From contig CAVXWP010000008.1 of NCBI GenBank assembly GCA_963765495.1, forward strand, positions 64,001-128,000: DNA of 64,000 bases, given 5' to 3'. The notes under the pieces were generated by a model. It ran no database searches, was not told the origin of the DNA, and saw only the letters and a list, made by a program, of their open reading frames with translations. This DNA comes from Blastocatellia bacterium. GTDB lineage: Bacteria; Acidobacteriota; Blastocatellia; UBA7656. Position numbers and translations under genes: made by a program. Shown piece by piece: positions 1-10,296 of the stretch (within the stretch, counting starts at the first letter, position 1; each line of letters opens with the position of its first letter).

Positions 1-2
1 CG

Positions 3-92
3 CCGAGAATAGATCATCAGGCCGTCGGAGACCTCTTGAAGAAAGCGAATCTGGAGGGATTCTTAAAAGCCGTCGGCGTCTGGAGCGAATGA
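3..92 (+). CDS. 3' end of an unknown gene (truncated by window edge)
   Basis: Open frame PRIDHQAVGDLLKKANLEGFLKAVGVWSE* ending in TGA at 90-92, which is also the first TGATACG repeat unit. Confidence 0.5.
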   Translation, partial: PRIDHQAVGDLLKKANLEGFLKAVGVWSE

Positions 93-198
93 TACGTGAT
101 ACGTGATACGTGATACGTGATACGTGGCTCATAGTTGGATTGCCTGTAATGGTCAATTTGTTAGTCTGGTTAATCACGAATCACGTATCACGTATCAC
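90..198. repeat. Palindromic element family A (TGAT[A/T]CG arms, 45-bp core), copy 1
   Basis: (TGATACG)x5, 45-bp core, then inverted (A/T)ATCACG x4. Confidence 0.9.
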
Positions 199-201
199 TG
201 T

Positions 202-1059
202 TTAGAGTTCGCCGTTAAGCACTATGTTATCTATCAGCCGCGTATCGCCGATGAATACGGCTATTGAAACGAGCGTGGGTTTATCAGGCGGGATCGTCTC
301 GACCGGGTTGAGATTGATCGTATCGGTTATGGCCGCATAATCGAGCCGGGCTAACGGCTCGGACTCGATCACCGACCGCATCGAAGACAGGAGCTTCGCG
401 CTGTCGCGTTCTCCGCTGTTGTAAAGAGTCCGGCATCGGTCAAGGGCGCGGCGCAAGACGGTAGCGGCCTTGCGCCCCTCGGTAGAGAGATATGCGTTGC
501 GCGATGAAAGCGCCAGCCCATCTTCTTCGCGTACGGTCGGACCTACGACTATTTCCACATTCATAGCCAGATCGGCGACCATGCGTTTTAATATTATGAC
601 CTGCTGCGCGTCTTTTCGCCCAAAGAAGGCGAAGTGAGGATGGACTATGTTGAAGAGTTTATTGACCACGGTCGTCACGCCGCGAAAATGGCCCGCTCGG
701 CTCGCGCCTTCGAGTTTTTCGCTCAACCTTTCCACATAGACATAGGTTGAAAAACCTTCGGGGTAAATATCTTCGAGCGTAGGCGCGAAGATGAAATCCA
801 CCCCCTGGGTAAAGGCGAGTTCGGCGTCTGCGGCGAGGTCACGCGGGTATTTATCGAAATCTTCATTGGGGCCAAACTGCGCCGGATTGACAAAGACCGA
901 GGCCACAACGATATCGCACATATCGCGCGCCCGACCCATCAGCGACAGGTGACCTTCGTGCAGCGAGCCCATCGTCGGCACAAGCCCTATCTTTTGATTC
1001 TCGCCGCGAATCTCGCGCGCAATTGATGTCATCTTTGGGATGCGATTGATGATTTCCAT
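202..1059 (-). CDS. panC: Pantoate--beta-alanine ligase
   Basis: VPTMGSLHEGH, SVFVNPAQF, GHFRGV, FGRKDAQQ, REEDGLALSSRN and RLIDN motifs; adjacent to panB. Confidence 0.97.
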   Translation of the reverse strand: MEIINRIPKMTSIAREIRGENQKIGLVPTMGSLHEGHLSLMGRARDMCDIVVASVFVNPAQFGPNEDFDKYPRDLAADAELAFTQGVDFIFAPTLEDIYPEGFSTYVYVERLSEKLEGASRAGHFRGVTTVVNKLFNIVHPHFAFFGRKDAQQVIILKRMVADLAMNVEIVVGPTVREEDGLALSSRNAYLSTEGRKAATVLRRALDRCRTLYNSGERDSAKLLSSMRSVIESEPLARLDYAAITDTINLNPVETIPPDKPTLVSIAVFIGDTRLIDNIVLNGEL

Positions 1060-1062
1060 AAA

Positions 1063-1160
1063 CGTGATACGTGATTCGTGATACGTGATTCGTGCCTGTC
1101 AGGCAGATTGCTTGTTAAAGATAATTTTCGAGTCTGGTAAATCACGCATCACGTATCACT
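1063..1160. repeat. Palindromic element family A, copy 2
   Basis: CGTGAT(A/T) x4 arm, 45-bp core, AATCACG-type inverted arm abutting the panB stop codon. Confidence 0.9.
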
Positions 1161-2054
1161 CTAATTGATCGGTCCAAGCGGCGGCATGGATTGTGAATGT
1201 TCTTCGTTTATCTCTACAACCGTGCCTTCGGGCAGGTGGTAGCTCTCCTCTTCGGCAGGGAAGCGGCGAGTATTTACATCATCTCGATAGCTCTTTAATG
1301 CGTCGGCTATGACGGTTTTTACATCGGCATACTTGCGCACGAACTTGGCCGTATGACCGAAGGTGAGTCCGACAAGATCGCTAAAGACAAGTATCTGTCC
1401 GTCGCAGCAGATCCCCGCGCCTATTCCAATTGTAGGCACGCTGACGCGATCCGTAATGAGCCGTGAAATTTCTGCCGGGATGCCTTCAAGCACGATGGCA
1501 AAAGCTCCGGCGCGATCCAGGGCTAACGCGTCTTCAATCAATTCGCGGGCCGCATCGAGCGTCTTCCCCTGAACGCGGTAGCCACCCATTCGCAAGACCG
1601 ATTGAGGTGTGAGGCCGATGTGTCCCATCACAGGGATTTCAGAATCCACTATGGCCTTGACTACGTGAGCGCGGCGCGCGCCGCCTTCGATCTTGATAGC
1701 CTCAGCCCCGCCTTCCTTGACGAATCTGATAGCCGACTCAAGGGCGCGTTCCGAATTCTCTGTGTAAGTGCCGAAAGGCATATCGCCGACTATGAGCGCG
1801 TGATGCGCTCCGCGCCTTACGGCCCGTGTAGCGGCTATCATCTCGTCGAGCGTGACCGGCAGCGTCGTATCATAACCGAGTACGGTTTGTGCCAGACTGT
1901 CACCCACCAGTATGAAATCGAATCCCGCTTCGTCGACGAGTCGCGCGCTTGGATAGTCATATGCCGTAAGCGCAACTATCGGCGCTCCGCCTTTGCGGGC
2001 GCGAATCATTGGAGCCGTAATTTTCTTGGGTTTGTTTTCGGTGATATGACTCAT
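1161..2054 (-). CDS. panB: 3-methyl-2-oxobutanoate hydroxymethyltransferase
   Basis: LTAYD, ILVGDSL, DMPFG, KIEGG, GHIGLTPQS and TIGIGAG..CDGQILV motifs. Confidence 0.97.
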   Translation of the reverse strand: MSHITENKPKKITAPMIRARKGGAPIVALTAYDYPSARLVDEAGFDFILVGDSLAQTVLGYDTTLPVTLDEMIAATRAVRRGAHHALIVGDMPFGTYTENSERALESAIRFVKEGGAEAIKIEGGARRAHVVKAIVDSEIPVMGHIGLTPQSVLRMGGYRVQGKTLDAARELIEDALALDRAGAFAIVLEGIPAEISRLITDRVSVPTIGIGAGICCDGQILVFSDLVGLTFGHTAKFVRKYADVKTVIADALKSYRDDVNTRRFPAEEESYHLPEGTVVEINEEHSQSMPPLGPIN

Positions 2055-2130
2055 CGGAAAGTGTCCTCCTGCTCACCGTATCGTTCCAGAATACGGCTTG
2101 ATTATAGGCCATTCGATGAGGTTTGCAACA

Positions 2131-2312
2131 GGGGGCCGGGGTTCGGGGGCCAGGGGCCGGTGATGCTAAAGCGAACATGAGATTGATTTGGACAAACCAT
2201 CTACACGCCGCATTCGCCTCAGTTGTGCTTTTCTATCCCCTGATAATGTAGTCGAATTTAACCGACGATAGACTTGACCAGACCGGTCCCTGACCCCCGA
2301 ACCCCGGCCCCT
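2131..2312. repeat. Palindromic element with GGGGCC(G/A)-type heptamer arms
   Basis: gggggccggggttcgggggccaggggccgg at about 2131-2160 and inverted ccggtccctgacccccgaaccccggcccct at about 2283-2312; a half copy lies at about 8556-8579. Confidence 0.7.
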
Positions 2313-2318
2313 GCTTTG

Positions 2319-2873
2319 TTATTTCTTCGTTCCGGTTCGCGCTGCTGACGCCTGTTTGCCTGCCGTCATCTCGATGATGTTCAGGCAGAATACAGGGAGA
2401 TCGTCTGGCTTGCGCGAGGTGATAAAGTTTTTATCAATTACGCAGGCTTCGTCTGTCCATTCGGCACCTGCGTTTATCACATCGTCTTTTATTGAGTGCC
2501 ACGATGTCATGTGTCTGTCCTTGCAGAGACCCGCCGAAACCAGCACCCACGGCGCATGGCATATGGCGGCAACGGGTTTGCCCGCTTTGGCCATCTCGCG
2601 CACAAGACGCAGTACGTTTTTGTCGGTCCTCAAATGATCCGGGCCGTACCCTCCGGGGATGACAACGGCGTCAAAATCATCCGCCTTGCACTTGTCTACG
2701 GTCTTGTCGGGTTCGGCCGGCAATCCGTGTTTGCCGTATACGGTCTCGTCGGACAATCCCGCAAGCGTCACTTCCGCCCCCTCACCCTGCAAGGTGAGAC
2801 GCGGGAAATGTAACTCCATGTCCTCGAAACCCTCTGCTGCAAACATCAATATCTTTTTGCCTTTTAATCTCAT
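2319..2873 (-). CDS. PfpI/DJ-1 family type 1 glutamine amidotransferase-like protein
   Basis: GFEDME, DAVVIPGG..PD.LR, AAICHAP (nucleophile Cys) and ITSRKPDDL motifs. Confidence 0.92.
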   Translation of the reverse strand: MRLKGKKILMFAAEGFEDMELHFPRLTLQGEGAEVTLAGLSDETVYGKHGLPAEPDKTVDKCKADDFDAVVIPGGYGPDHLRTDKNVLRLVREMAKAGKPVAAICHAPWVLVSAGLCKDRHMTSWHSIKDDVINAGAEWTDEACVIDKNFITSRKPDDLPVFCLNIIEMTAGKQASAARTGTKK

Positions 2874-3001
2874 TCTGTTCTCCTTTCAAGTTGCATTTGT
2901 TCATGTTTCAAACACACGGCTCTTTGACCGTATGGACTTCACACGGTCAAAACAAGTTATTCGCTTGTAGGAGTCGTGATGCTTCAACGGGGTTAATAAA
3001 A

Positions 3002-3017
3002 AGCAAAAAGCGTGCCT
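3002..3017 (-). promoter_or_regulatory. Putative sigma54 -24/-12 promoter for the pfpI-like gene
   Basis: Minus strand AGGCACGCTTTTTGCT matches TGGCAC-N5-TTGCW except at the first base. Confidence 0.6.
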
Positions 3018-3107
3018 GTAATGATTGAGCAGGAAAGAGTTACCGTTCTTCGAAGGTTTTCGCGGCAGCTCCCGGCGTCAGGCGGGTGTAAAAAGAAAAA
3101 GTTCGGC

Positions 3108-4397
3108 TCATCCGAAGAAACCCAGGTTTGGATACTGCCCCCCAAGCACCGCTCGGGAATCGGAGTCGAGCCAGTCGTCGAGGATTGTGGCATACACTTC
3201 GCGGAAATCCACCGTAAATCCCGGGTTTCCCGCATCGTCCAGGTTTGCCTCGGCAAGCGAAGGTTGCTCGCCATAGATTCCACCCTTCACGCCGTTTCCG
3301 ATTATGAACATAACTCCGGCGGTTCCGTGGTCGGTTCCGAACGAGGCGTTTTCGCCCGGTCGCCTGCCAAACTCGGACCATTGCATCATCACGAGATTGT
3401 CGGCCAGCCCGTGTTCGGCTATGTCGTCGTAGAAGGCTTTTACGGCCTCGGAAAACCAGTTGAGAAGCAATGCATGGTCGCCGCTCGTCTTGTCGGGAGT
3501 GCCGTCGGTGTGAGCTATCTGGTCGGCGTGATTATCGAATCCGCCCATCTCGACGTAGAGCAGATTTGCCGAAGGCAGGGTTGTGATTATCTGGGCAGCC
3601 ATACGCAGAGTGTAGGCCAGAGGGTTGTCGGGATATGCGATTGTTGAGTTGTAGCTGCCGACAGCCGCCTGCACCTGACCTGCGCCCTGTACCGCGTCAA
3701 ATCCCGTGCCGGTTATCGCGTCTGCGAATGTCGAATCGTTGAAGCTTCGGGTGTAGAGCGAATTGAACGCGTTTAGCTGATTGGTGTAATCGCCCGGGTA
3801 CGCCCCGTCGGTCAGGAAATTGTAGAGATCGAAATTCAGGATGTTTGGCACGACCACCTTTTTGGAACTGAGCGTTTTCGGCAACTCGCCGGTAAAGGAG
3901 GCGGCCGGGAATCCCGGTTTTCCTAGAAGGGCGAGGTTTGCATATTTGCCGAGCCAGCCTTCGCCCGCAAGCCCGCTCAAATCGGCCGTGTGCCAGATGT
4001 CCATCGAGAGGAAATGCGATAGATTCGGATCGGGGTATCCAGCGCCTCGCACTATCGCGACCCGGCCAGCGTCGTAAAGGTCCTTGATTTCGCTCAGACC
4101 GGGGTGCAATCCGTGTTCATTCGATATTATCATCGAGCGCCCGCGATCATCTTTGAGTTCCGTGTCTTTGAATGCAAGCATTGGCCGCAGGTTGAAATAG
4201 TTGGAATCGGTGTAAGGCACGAGCGTGTTTATGGCATCGTTGCCGCCCGAAAACTGAATGACTACGAATATCTTGCGGCTTGCCGCGGGAGGGTTTGATT
4301 GAGCGCGCGCCGATGAGAGCCATAGCTTCGGCGCGATGAGCCCGAGCGTTGCCATCCCAGCGCCCTGTTTTATAAATCGTCTTCTGCTGATCGCCAT
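3108..4397 (-). CDS. DUF1501 family protein, Tat-exported
   Basis: SRRRFIK Tat motif, GGND..N, SHF, GGFDNH, SEFGRR...N...GTDHG motifs; paired with DUF1800. Confidence 0.9.
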   Translation of the reverse strand: MAISRRRFIKQGAGMATLGLIAPKLWLSSARAQSNPPAASRKIFVVIQFSGGNDAINTLVPYTDSNYFNLRPMLAFKDTELKDDRGRSMIISNEHGLHPGLSEIKDLYDAGRVAIVRGAGYPDPNLSHFLSMDIWHTADLSGLAGEGWLGKYANLALLGKPGFPAASFTGELPKTLSSKKVVVPNILNFDLYNFLTDGAYPGDYTNQLNAFNSLYTRSFNDSTFADAITGTGFDAVQGAGQVQAAVGSYNSTIAYPDNPLAYTLRMAAQIITTLPSANLLYVEMGGFDNHADQIAHTDGTPDKTSGDHALLLNWFSEAVKAFYDDIAEHGLADNLVMMQWSEFGRRPGENASFGTDHGTAGVMFIIGNGVKGGIYGEQPSLAEANLDDAGNPGFTVDFREVYATILDDWLDSDSRAVLGGQYPNLGFFG

Positions 4398-4410
4398 AGC
4401 CACACTCCTT

Positions 4411-5838
4411 CTAATTTAACTGGAACTCTGTCGAGCACATCAAAAGGTGAATCAAACCGCGCATCTTTTTGTCTATGGTCAGGTCATCACGGATGAACTT
4501 GACCGGATTCCCCGCGTCGTCTCTCTCAAGGTAATCGCCGAGCGTAGCCAGTCCCGCTTCATCCATTTCGAGAGGCCCGAGTTTTGACAAAAGTTTTTTG
4601 AGCGTCTTGGCGGTCTTCTTCTTGGCGAACTTCTTCAGTTGCCCCTGAGAGAAAAAGACGCCCGGTTGATTTCGTCTGTCAGATCGGTTGATCGTGAGAT
4701 AATCGGCGAAGGTGAAACGGTTGAGCAGCGAAGCCGTGTTTACCCATCCAAGATTGAGATGCCAGCCCGCCACATCGGGCGGGCGGAAGAGTTCCTGTCC
4801 CAGAAAGGTAGAGAAGAAGCCGAGCGGATTTTCGCCCTGCTTGAATGTCCCCGGAACATACTGAGCGCCCGACATGCGAATCGCGCCTACGATGTACTCG
4901 ACCGGAGATTTTACGAGGCCGAAACGCGCCCTTGCGCTGAAGAACTCATCTGAAACGAATATGGCGCGGGCCAGTTCCCTGATCGAATGGTTTTTACTCA
5001 GATAAACGTTTGCAAACTTCTCGATGGTCGCGCTGTCTTCCGGCGTCTGGAGCGGATAGACGAAAAACTCGAAGAACTTCTTCACCACGAAACGCGAGGT
5101 CGCCGGGCGAGCCGCAATTACGGTAATAACGTCATCGCCGTTGAAGTTTGCCGTCTGCCCGTAAATTGTCTTCGATGCGCTGTCGTGAAGATCGGGATTG
5201 ACTGTGAAGTTCCACTTGAAAAAATCCCCCCTCGTGGGGAATATCTGCCATCCCGTAAAGGCCCTGGCTATCTCTTTGACATCCTGCTCGGTGTAATTCG
5301 ACTCGCCCGTGACGACATCGGTGATGCCCATCGAGAAGAGTTCCTGAAGCTCGCGGGCAAAGTTTTCGTTTGGCATCCCCCGGAAACTCGTGATCCCGTC
5401 AAGCCAGATGAGCATGGCCGGGTCACGAGCTACTTCCAGCATCAGATCGTCAAAGCGGTCGAGGCCGTGTTTTCTGAGCGTCAGATTCTGGATATACATG
5501 AAAAGCTCGGGCACTTTTGTCACCGAGGTAGCAAAATGGTTATGCCAGAACAGCGTTATCTTCTCTTCAAACTGCCGCCGGGTAAAGACCATCCGGGTAA
5601 ACCACCATCGTTGCAGCTCGGACAGATTGAAACGGGGAAAGTCAGTCGGGTCGGAAAAATCGAAACTCTGTTCGAGTATGCTTTCCATCTGGCTGTTGTC
5701 AATCTGGGTATAGCCGAGAAGGTAATCGACAGCTCCTTCGCGGCCCCGCGCTACAAGATCATTTATCTCGCCCGGGGTTCCGCCAAAACCACAGCGGCGG
5801 AGCAAGTGAGCCGCTTCGTTAAAGGTGATGCTTGCCAT
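4411..5838 (-). CDS. DUF1800 family protein
   Basis: HLLRR.GFG, EK.TLFWHNHFAT, PAML.WLD, PNENFARELQELF and ARAFTGW motifs. Confidence 0.92.
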   Translation of the reverse strand: MASITFNEAAHLLRRCGFGGTPGEINDLVARGREGAVDYLLGYTQIDNSQMESILEQSFDFSDPTDFPRFNLSELQRWWFTRMVFTRRQFEEKITLFWHNHFATSVTKVPELFMYIQNLTLRKHGLDRFDDLMLEVARDPAMLIWLDGITSFRGMPNENFARELQELFSMGITDVVTGESNYTEQDVKEIARAFTGWQIFPTRGDFFKWNFTVNPDLHDSASKTIYGQTANFNGDDVITVIAARPATSRFVVKKFFEFFVYPLQTPEDSATIEKFANVYLSKNHSIRELARAIFVSDEFFSARARFGLVKSPVEYIVGAIRMSGAQYVPGTFKQGENPLGFFSTFLGQELFRPPDVAGWHLNLGWVNTASLLNRFTFADYLTINRSDRRNQPGVFFSQGQLKKFAKKKTAKTLKKLLSKLGPLEMDEAGLATLGDYLERDDAGNPVKFIRDDLTIDKKMRGLIHLLMCSTEFQLN

Positions 5839-6158
5839 AACAATGTCTCCCGAAGATGAGAGGCCGCCGGCACGAGCGAGCGCCGGGGTGTTCCGTTACA
5901 TTATCCCCTAGCAATTACGCCCGTCAGTATACTACAGGTTGCAATTAAAAGCAGGTTGACATTCCCTGGCAGTTTGAGTAGGCTCAATCTGTTTGAACCA
6001 TCTCATACTTTGGCCGGGGTGCCCTCCCTATCGCAGGACGGCCTTTTTTTCAAGCCCTGCAAATACTTCAAGATCTTTCTATCTGATGGACCGAATCCGG
6101 GATCACTGATTCCGGCCCATCTGAGATCTTATATCTCAAATCTCAAATCCGAAGCCTT

Positions 6159-8552
6159 CTAGACCCTTTCGAGCGCGGCATATTTGGCTACGAACTTCTT
6201 CTTTCCGTACCCGGGAAAACTCACCGTAAGTTTGGCCTCCGGGCCTGCGCCTTCGACCTGTAAGACGACGCCCGCCCCGTATCGAGCGTGTCGCACGCGT
6301 GAACCTGTGCGGAATTCGCCCGAATCGGCACGATTTGCCAGACCTCGACTGGAAGCCTCTTCGCCCGACCGGGGACCAGAGGATGTTGGATTTCCCGAAG
6401 CGCGGCTCTTGAAAAATTCGCGCACGCTATCGGCGGAATTATAAGTCTTACCGCTGTAATTCGAGGTCCGTTTGACGTGATGCGCGCCCCCGCCTCGCAA
6501 GGCCTCGGCGGCTTCCCGGTTGTGGCGCGTATCATTGCTGTCGGCAAAGCCGAGCCACGAGGGGCCGAGCGACATATCCCGCATCAATTCAAGCGGGACC
6601 TCGTTTAGAAAACGTGAGGGGACGGCGTGCATCTCTTCGCCAAAAGTTCGCCGCCTCATTGCGTGTGTCAGGTAAAGATGTTCCTGGGCGCGTGTGATGG
6701 CTACATAACAGAGCCGCCGCTCTTCTTCCAGATCGTCTTCGCTTGCGGCAGACCGCGAATGCGGGAAGAGCCCTTCTTCGAGCCCCGCGATAAATACTAC
6801 AGGGAATTCAAGCCCTTTTGCCGCGTGCATGGTCATAAGCGTGACCCGCGCATCGGCCTTGTATTGATCGGTATCGCTTGCGAGCGCCGCGTGGTCGATA
6901 AAATCGCGCAGCGACTCTTCCTGCTCCTCGGCTTCCACGGCTGCCGTGACAAGCTCTTCGATGTTGAGCAAACGCCCTTCGGCCTCTTCGGTCTTTTCTT
7001 CTTCGAGCGAGCGCACATAACCGGTTTCGATGGCCGCCGCTTTCACGATTTCAGACAGAGGGTGAGATTTTTCCACCCGCTCGCCAAGCGAGATTATTAT
7101 CTGGCGAAACACATCGAGCGAAGCCGAAGCGCGGGGCGTGATCTGTCGCTCCTCAATAGCGAGGGCGAGGGTTTCCCACATTGAAACGCCCAGGTCTTTC
7201 TGCCTGCGATGCAGGGTGTCAATCGTGGTCTTTCCAATACCGCGAGGCGGAGTGTTTACGACGCGCTCAAGCGCCACGTCATCCATCGGGTTCATCGCGA
7301 GTTTGAGATAGGCGATTATGTCTTTTACTTCTGCGCGCTCATAAAACGAGAACCCGCCTACTATGTTGTATGCGATGCCGCGCCGCCTCAGAGACTCTTC
7401 AAACAGACGCGATTGCGAGTTTGTGCGGTAAAGGACGGCGCACCTTGTTTGGGGATCTCGCTTGAGATGGTCTTGAATCTTTTCGCCAACAAAGCTGGCT
7501 TCGCCTTCGCCGTCATACGATTGGTAATAGCTGATCTTCTCGCCCTGTCCGAGTTCTTCTGTCGCGTAAAGTGTCTTGGGCAGACGCCGGGCGTTGCGCT
7601 CGATCACGCGGTTTGCGGCCTCGAGAATCGTTTGAGTAGAACGATAGTTCTGCTCAAGCTTTATCATCCTCGTGCCCTCGAAATCGTGCTGGAACCCGAG
7701 GATGATATTGAAATCAGACCCGCGAAATGCGTAGATGGACTGGTCTACATCGCCAACTACGCAGAGGCTGCGGTCCTGCCATAGTTTTTCTGAGTCGATG
7801 CGCCCGCGTTCGATTTTCGTAGACCCTACGGCTATCAACCGTGCAAGCTCGTATTGAATTCCGTTTGTGTCCTGAAATTCGTCTATCATCACGTGGCGGA
7901 ATCGCTCGTGATAATACTCGCGGACTTCGGCGACCGTGCGCAGCAACTGGACCGCCTTTATCAAAAGGTCGTCGAAATCGAGCGCGTTTGATTGTTGGAG
8001 CCGTTGCTCGTAATTCCTATAGATGGCGGCGATCTTTTCCGTGCGGTCGCTTACGTATTCGGCTTGATTGGCATATGCCGCAGGCGACATCCCGCGATTC
8101 TTGGCTCCGCTTATGGCCGAAAGCGCCTGTCTTGCTGTAAAGGATTTATCGTCGAGGCTAAGGTCTTTCATTATCGCTCTAACTACCCTTGCCTGGTCGT
8201 CCGTGTCATAGATTGTAAAGTTGCGAGTGTAGCCCGCCTGCATCCGCTCGATGTCTCGGCGGAGCAGCCGTACGCATAACGAGTGAAAGGTTGAGATCAG
8301 AGGAGAAGCCGTGCGCGGGCCTTTGCCGATGAGCGACTCGACACGCGATTTCATCTCCTGGGCGGCCTTGTTTGTAAAGGTCACAGCCATTATCTGCTGT
8401 GGCGGCACGCTCGCTCGCTCTATCAGATAAACGATTCGATAGGTGATGACGCGCGTCTTGCCCGAGCCTGCGCCCGCAAGCACAAGCATCGGCCCGCAAA
8501 CGGCCTCTACGGCTTCGCGTTGCTGAGGGTTGAGTTTTTCTAGAAAATCCAT
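6159..8552 (-). CDS. uvrD: ATP-dependent DNA helicase UvrD/PcrA
   Basis: LAGAGSGKT, TFTNKAA, DEFQDTN, VGDVDQSIY.FRG, LEQNYRS, HAAKGLEF and EERRLCYVAITRA motifs; C-terminal Tudor-like domain. Confidence 0.96.
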   Translation of the reverse strand: MDFLEKLNPQQREAVEAVCGPMLVLAGAGSGKTRVITYRIVYLIERASVPPQQIMAVTFTNKAAQEMKSRVESLIGKGPRTASPLISTFHSLCVRLLRRDIERMQAGYTRNFTIYDTDDQARVVRAIMKDLSLDDKSFTARQALSAISGAKNRGMSPAAYANQAEYVSDRTEKIAAIYRNYEQRLQQSNALDFDDLLIKAVQLLRTVAEVREYYHERFRHVMIDEFQDTNGIQYELARLIAVGSTKIERGRIDSEKLWQDRSLCVVGDVDQSIYAFRGSDFNIILGFQHDFEGTRMIKLEQNYRSTQTILEAANRVIERNARRLPKTLYATEELGQGEKISYYQSYDGEGEASFVGEKIQDHLKRDPQTRCAVLYRTNSQSRLFEESLRRRGIAYNIVGGFSFYERAEVKDIIAYLKLAMNPMDDVALERVVNTPPRGIGKTTIDTLHRRQKDLGVSMWETLALAIEERQITPRASASLDVFRQIIISLGERVEKSHPLSEIVKAAAIETGYVRSLEEEKTEEAEGRLLNIEELVTAAVEAEEQEESLRDFIDHAALASDTDQYKADARVTLMTMHAAKGLEFPVVFIAGLEEGLFPHSRSAASEDDLEEERRLCYVAITRAQEHLYLTHAMRRRTFGEEMHAVPSRFLNEVPLELMRDMSLGPSWLGFADSNDTRHNREAAEALRGGGAHHVKRTSNYSGKTYNSADSVREFFKSRASGNPTSSGPRSGEEASSRGLANRADSGEFRTGSRVRHARYGAGVVLQVEGAGPEAKLTVSFPGYGKKKFVAKYAALERV

Positions 8553-8620
8553 AATGGGGATCAGGGGCCGGGGGCCGGGAAGAATCCAAACAAATTCCGG
8601 CAGTTCTCAGCCGCCGGTCT

Positions 8621-9178
8621 CTATTTTATCAAGTTCTGGACGGCTTTGAATTGTGGAGAATCTGCCGTACGCATCATCTCAAACAGGGCCATCTCAAGGT
8701 TGGAAGGAACGGCTCCGGCCTGTGTCAAACGGGCAAGCGCCACTTCTTTGCTCTCGCGTTTGCGTGAGGTGATGCAATCAACCAGCAGATGTACCTCGTG
8801 CCCGCGCGCGAGCAGGTCGAGCACCGTCTGGGTGACGCAAATATGCGCTTCGATGCCGCATACAATCACCTGTTTTATGTTGCGGTTTGTGATCTGCGAA
8901 TAAAAATCGTCAACCCCGCAGGAGCTAAAGCAAAACTTCTCAATCGCTTTGGTCTCCGAGGGTAAGTGGGGGATGATCTCATCGGCTGTGTGTTTCAATC
9001 CTTTTGGGTACTGTTCGGTGACGATGACTGGAATTTCCAGCAACCGCGCGCCCTCGACGGCCTTGGCTATCCGCGTAGCGACTTCGCCAAAGTCGGGAAT
9101 GACCGGGCGGAAAGCTTCCTGCATATCAATGACCGCAAGCGCAGCCTCTTCGCGTGAAAGTTTGCTTATCTGGTTCAT
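8621..9178 (-). CDS. Isochorismatase-family cysteine hydrolase
   Basis: VIDMQE, TEQYPKGL..T, EK..FS and GIEAHICV motifs. Confidence 0.9.
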   Translation of the reverse strand: MNQISKLSREEAALAVIDMQEAFRPVIPDFGEVATRIAKAVEGARLLEIPVIVTEQYPKGLKHTADEIIPHLPSETKAIEKFCFSSCGVDDFYSQITNRNIKQVIVCGIEAHICVTQTVLDLLARGHEVHLLVDCITSRKRESKEVALARLTQAGAVPSNLEMALFEMMRTADSPQFKAVQNLIK

Positions 9179-9269
9179 AGTCTTATCCTATAGATTGGTC
9201 TAATAATATTCGGCCTTATGAATATATCAGTATGCTCATGACAGAGACAACCTTGCTGGTAATAGTTCA

Positions 9270-9338
9270 GACCAGCCACAGAGACACAGGGAAAAAGATT
9301 ATAGAAATCTCTGTGCCTTTGTGTCTCTGTGGCTGGTC
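9270..9338. repeat. Intergenic palindrome of the CCACAGAGACACAG type
   Basis: gaccagccacagagacacag ... ctttgtgtctctgtggctggtc inverted repeat. Confidence 0.75.
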
Positions 9339-9436
9339 GTTTCCCTTGCAGCACGCGGTCAGGTGTGCGAAAGCTTGTGGCGGTTGGTATACTTTCGGAG
9401 AGTGGACTTGATGAATTTCCTTAAAGCGGAGCGAAG

Positions 9437-9877
9437 ATGGACTGGCGTGAAAACCTGATCGAAAGCGGCAAAGAGACAAGAGAGTTGCTCAAACAGATCA
9501 ACCGGGTAGCGGTGCTTGGTATCAAGACCGAGCGCGAATCCTTTCAACCGGCCTTTTACGTGCCCGAATACCTTGTCTCGGTCGGGCTGGAGGTCGTCCC
9601 CGTCCCGGTTTATTACCCCGATGTCGAAGAGATTCTCGGAGAGAAGGTTTATCGCAGGCTTGTAGACATACCGGGTGAAATTGATCTGGTCGATGTGTTT
9701 CGCCGCCCAGAACACATCAACCAGCATCTCGATGATATGATCGAGAAGCGGCCTGCAATCGTCTGGTTTCAATCGGGCATTCGCAATGACGAGGTGGCAG
9801 AAAAGCTGGCAAAGACCGGCATCAAGGTAATTCAAGACAGATGTCTGATGGTCGAATACCGTTGGGTTGTCGGGTAG
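9437..9877 (+). CDS. CoA-binding protein (YccU-like)
   Basis: VAVLG, IDLVDVFR, WFQSGI and QDRCLMVE motifs. Confidence 0.9.
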   Translation: MDWRENLIESGKETRELLKQINRVAVLGIKTERESFQPAFYVPEYLVSVGLEVVPVPVYYPDVEEILGEKVYRRLVDIPGEIDLVDVFRRPEHINQHLDDMIEKRPAIVWFQSGIRNDEVAEKLAKTGIKVIQDRCLMVEYRWVVG

Positions 9878-9900
9878 CGATAACGCGATCAACGAGACAA

Positions 9901-10281
9901 TCAACGTGACAGCGAGACGGGATCAATTTCGATATACCTCGCCCAGTTGCGGTCGTGTCCGGCCCTGTATCTGACCTTGGCCTTTATCCCCGAAGCAAGC
10001 TGCGCAGGCACTATCACCTGACCCTGCTGAATAATCGCGGTCCTGTCGTCAAACTCAAGGATAACGGTCTGGCCTCCATCAATCAGGATCAACCTTCCCG
10101 CCACGGGGTCAACCGTTTCGATCTCGCCTTCGGCCGTCAGCATCTCGCTTTTCTGATTCTGATCAATTGTTTCCTGTCTGGGCGCGACCATGGTACGGCC
10201 CAGGCGAAGCCTGAATACAACCAGGCTCGCCAGGATGAAAGCTATGATGATGATGATGATGATTCTCAATAGCCTGTTCAT
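9901..10281 (-). CDS. Hypothetical membrane-anchored protein with an OB-fold-like periplasmic domain
   Basis: N-terminal hydrophobic anchor, then a beta-rich G.I..VD...G.K..V.Y pattern. Confidence 0.6.
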   Translation of the reverse strand: MNRLLRIIIIIIIAFILASLVVFRLRLGRTMVAPRQETIDQNQKSEMLTAEGEIETVDPVAGRLILIDGGQTVILEFDDRTAIIQQGQVIVPAQLASGIKAKVRYRAGHDRNWARYIEIDPVSLSR

Positions 10282-10296
10282 TGCCGTACCATTTCG

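Noticed and set aside
2055-2318. Riboswitch or pan-motif RNA upstream of panB
   Set aside because: The visible structure is explained by the GGGGCC-arm palindrome; no recognisable aptamer.
4987-5859. Long antisense ORFs (also 15242-16153, 23810-24526, 25888-26673, 30930-31652, 40035-40994, 51615-52421)
   Set aside because: They lie opposite well-supported genes and have no motifs; expected shadow ORFs at this GC content.
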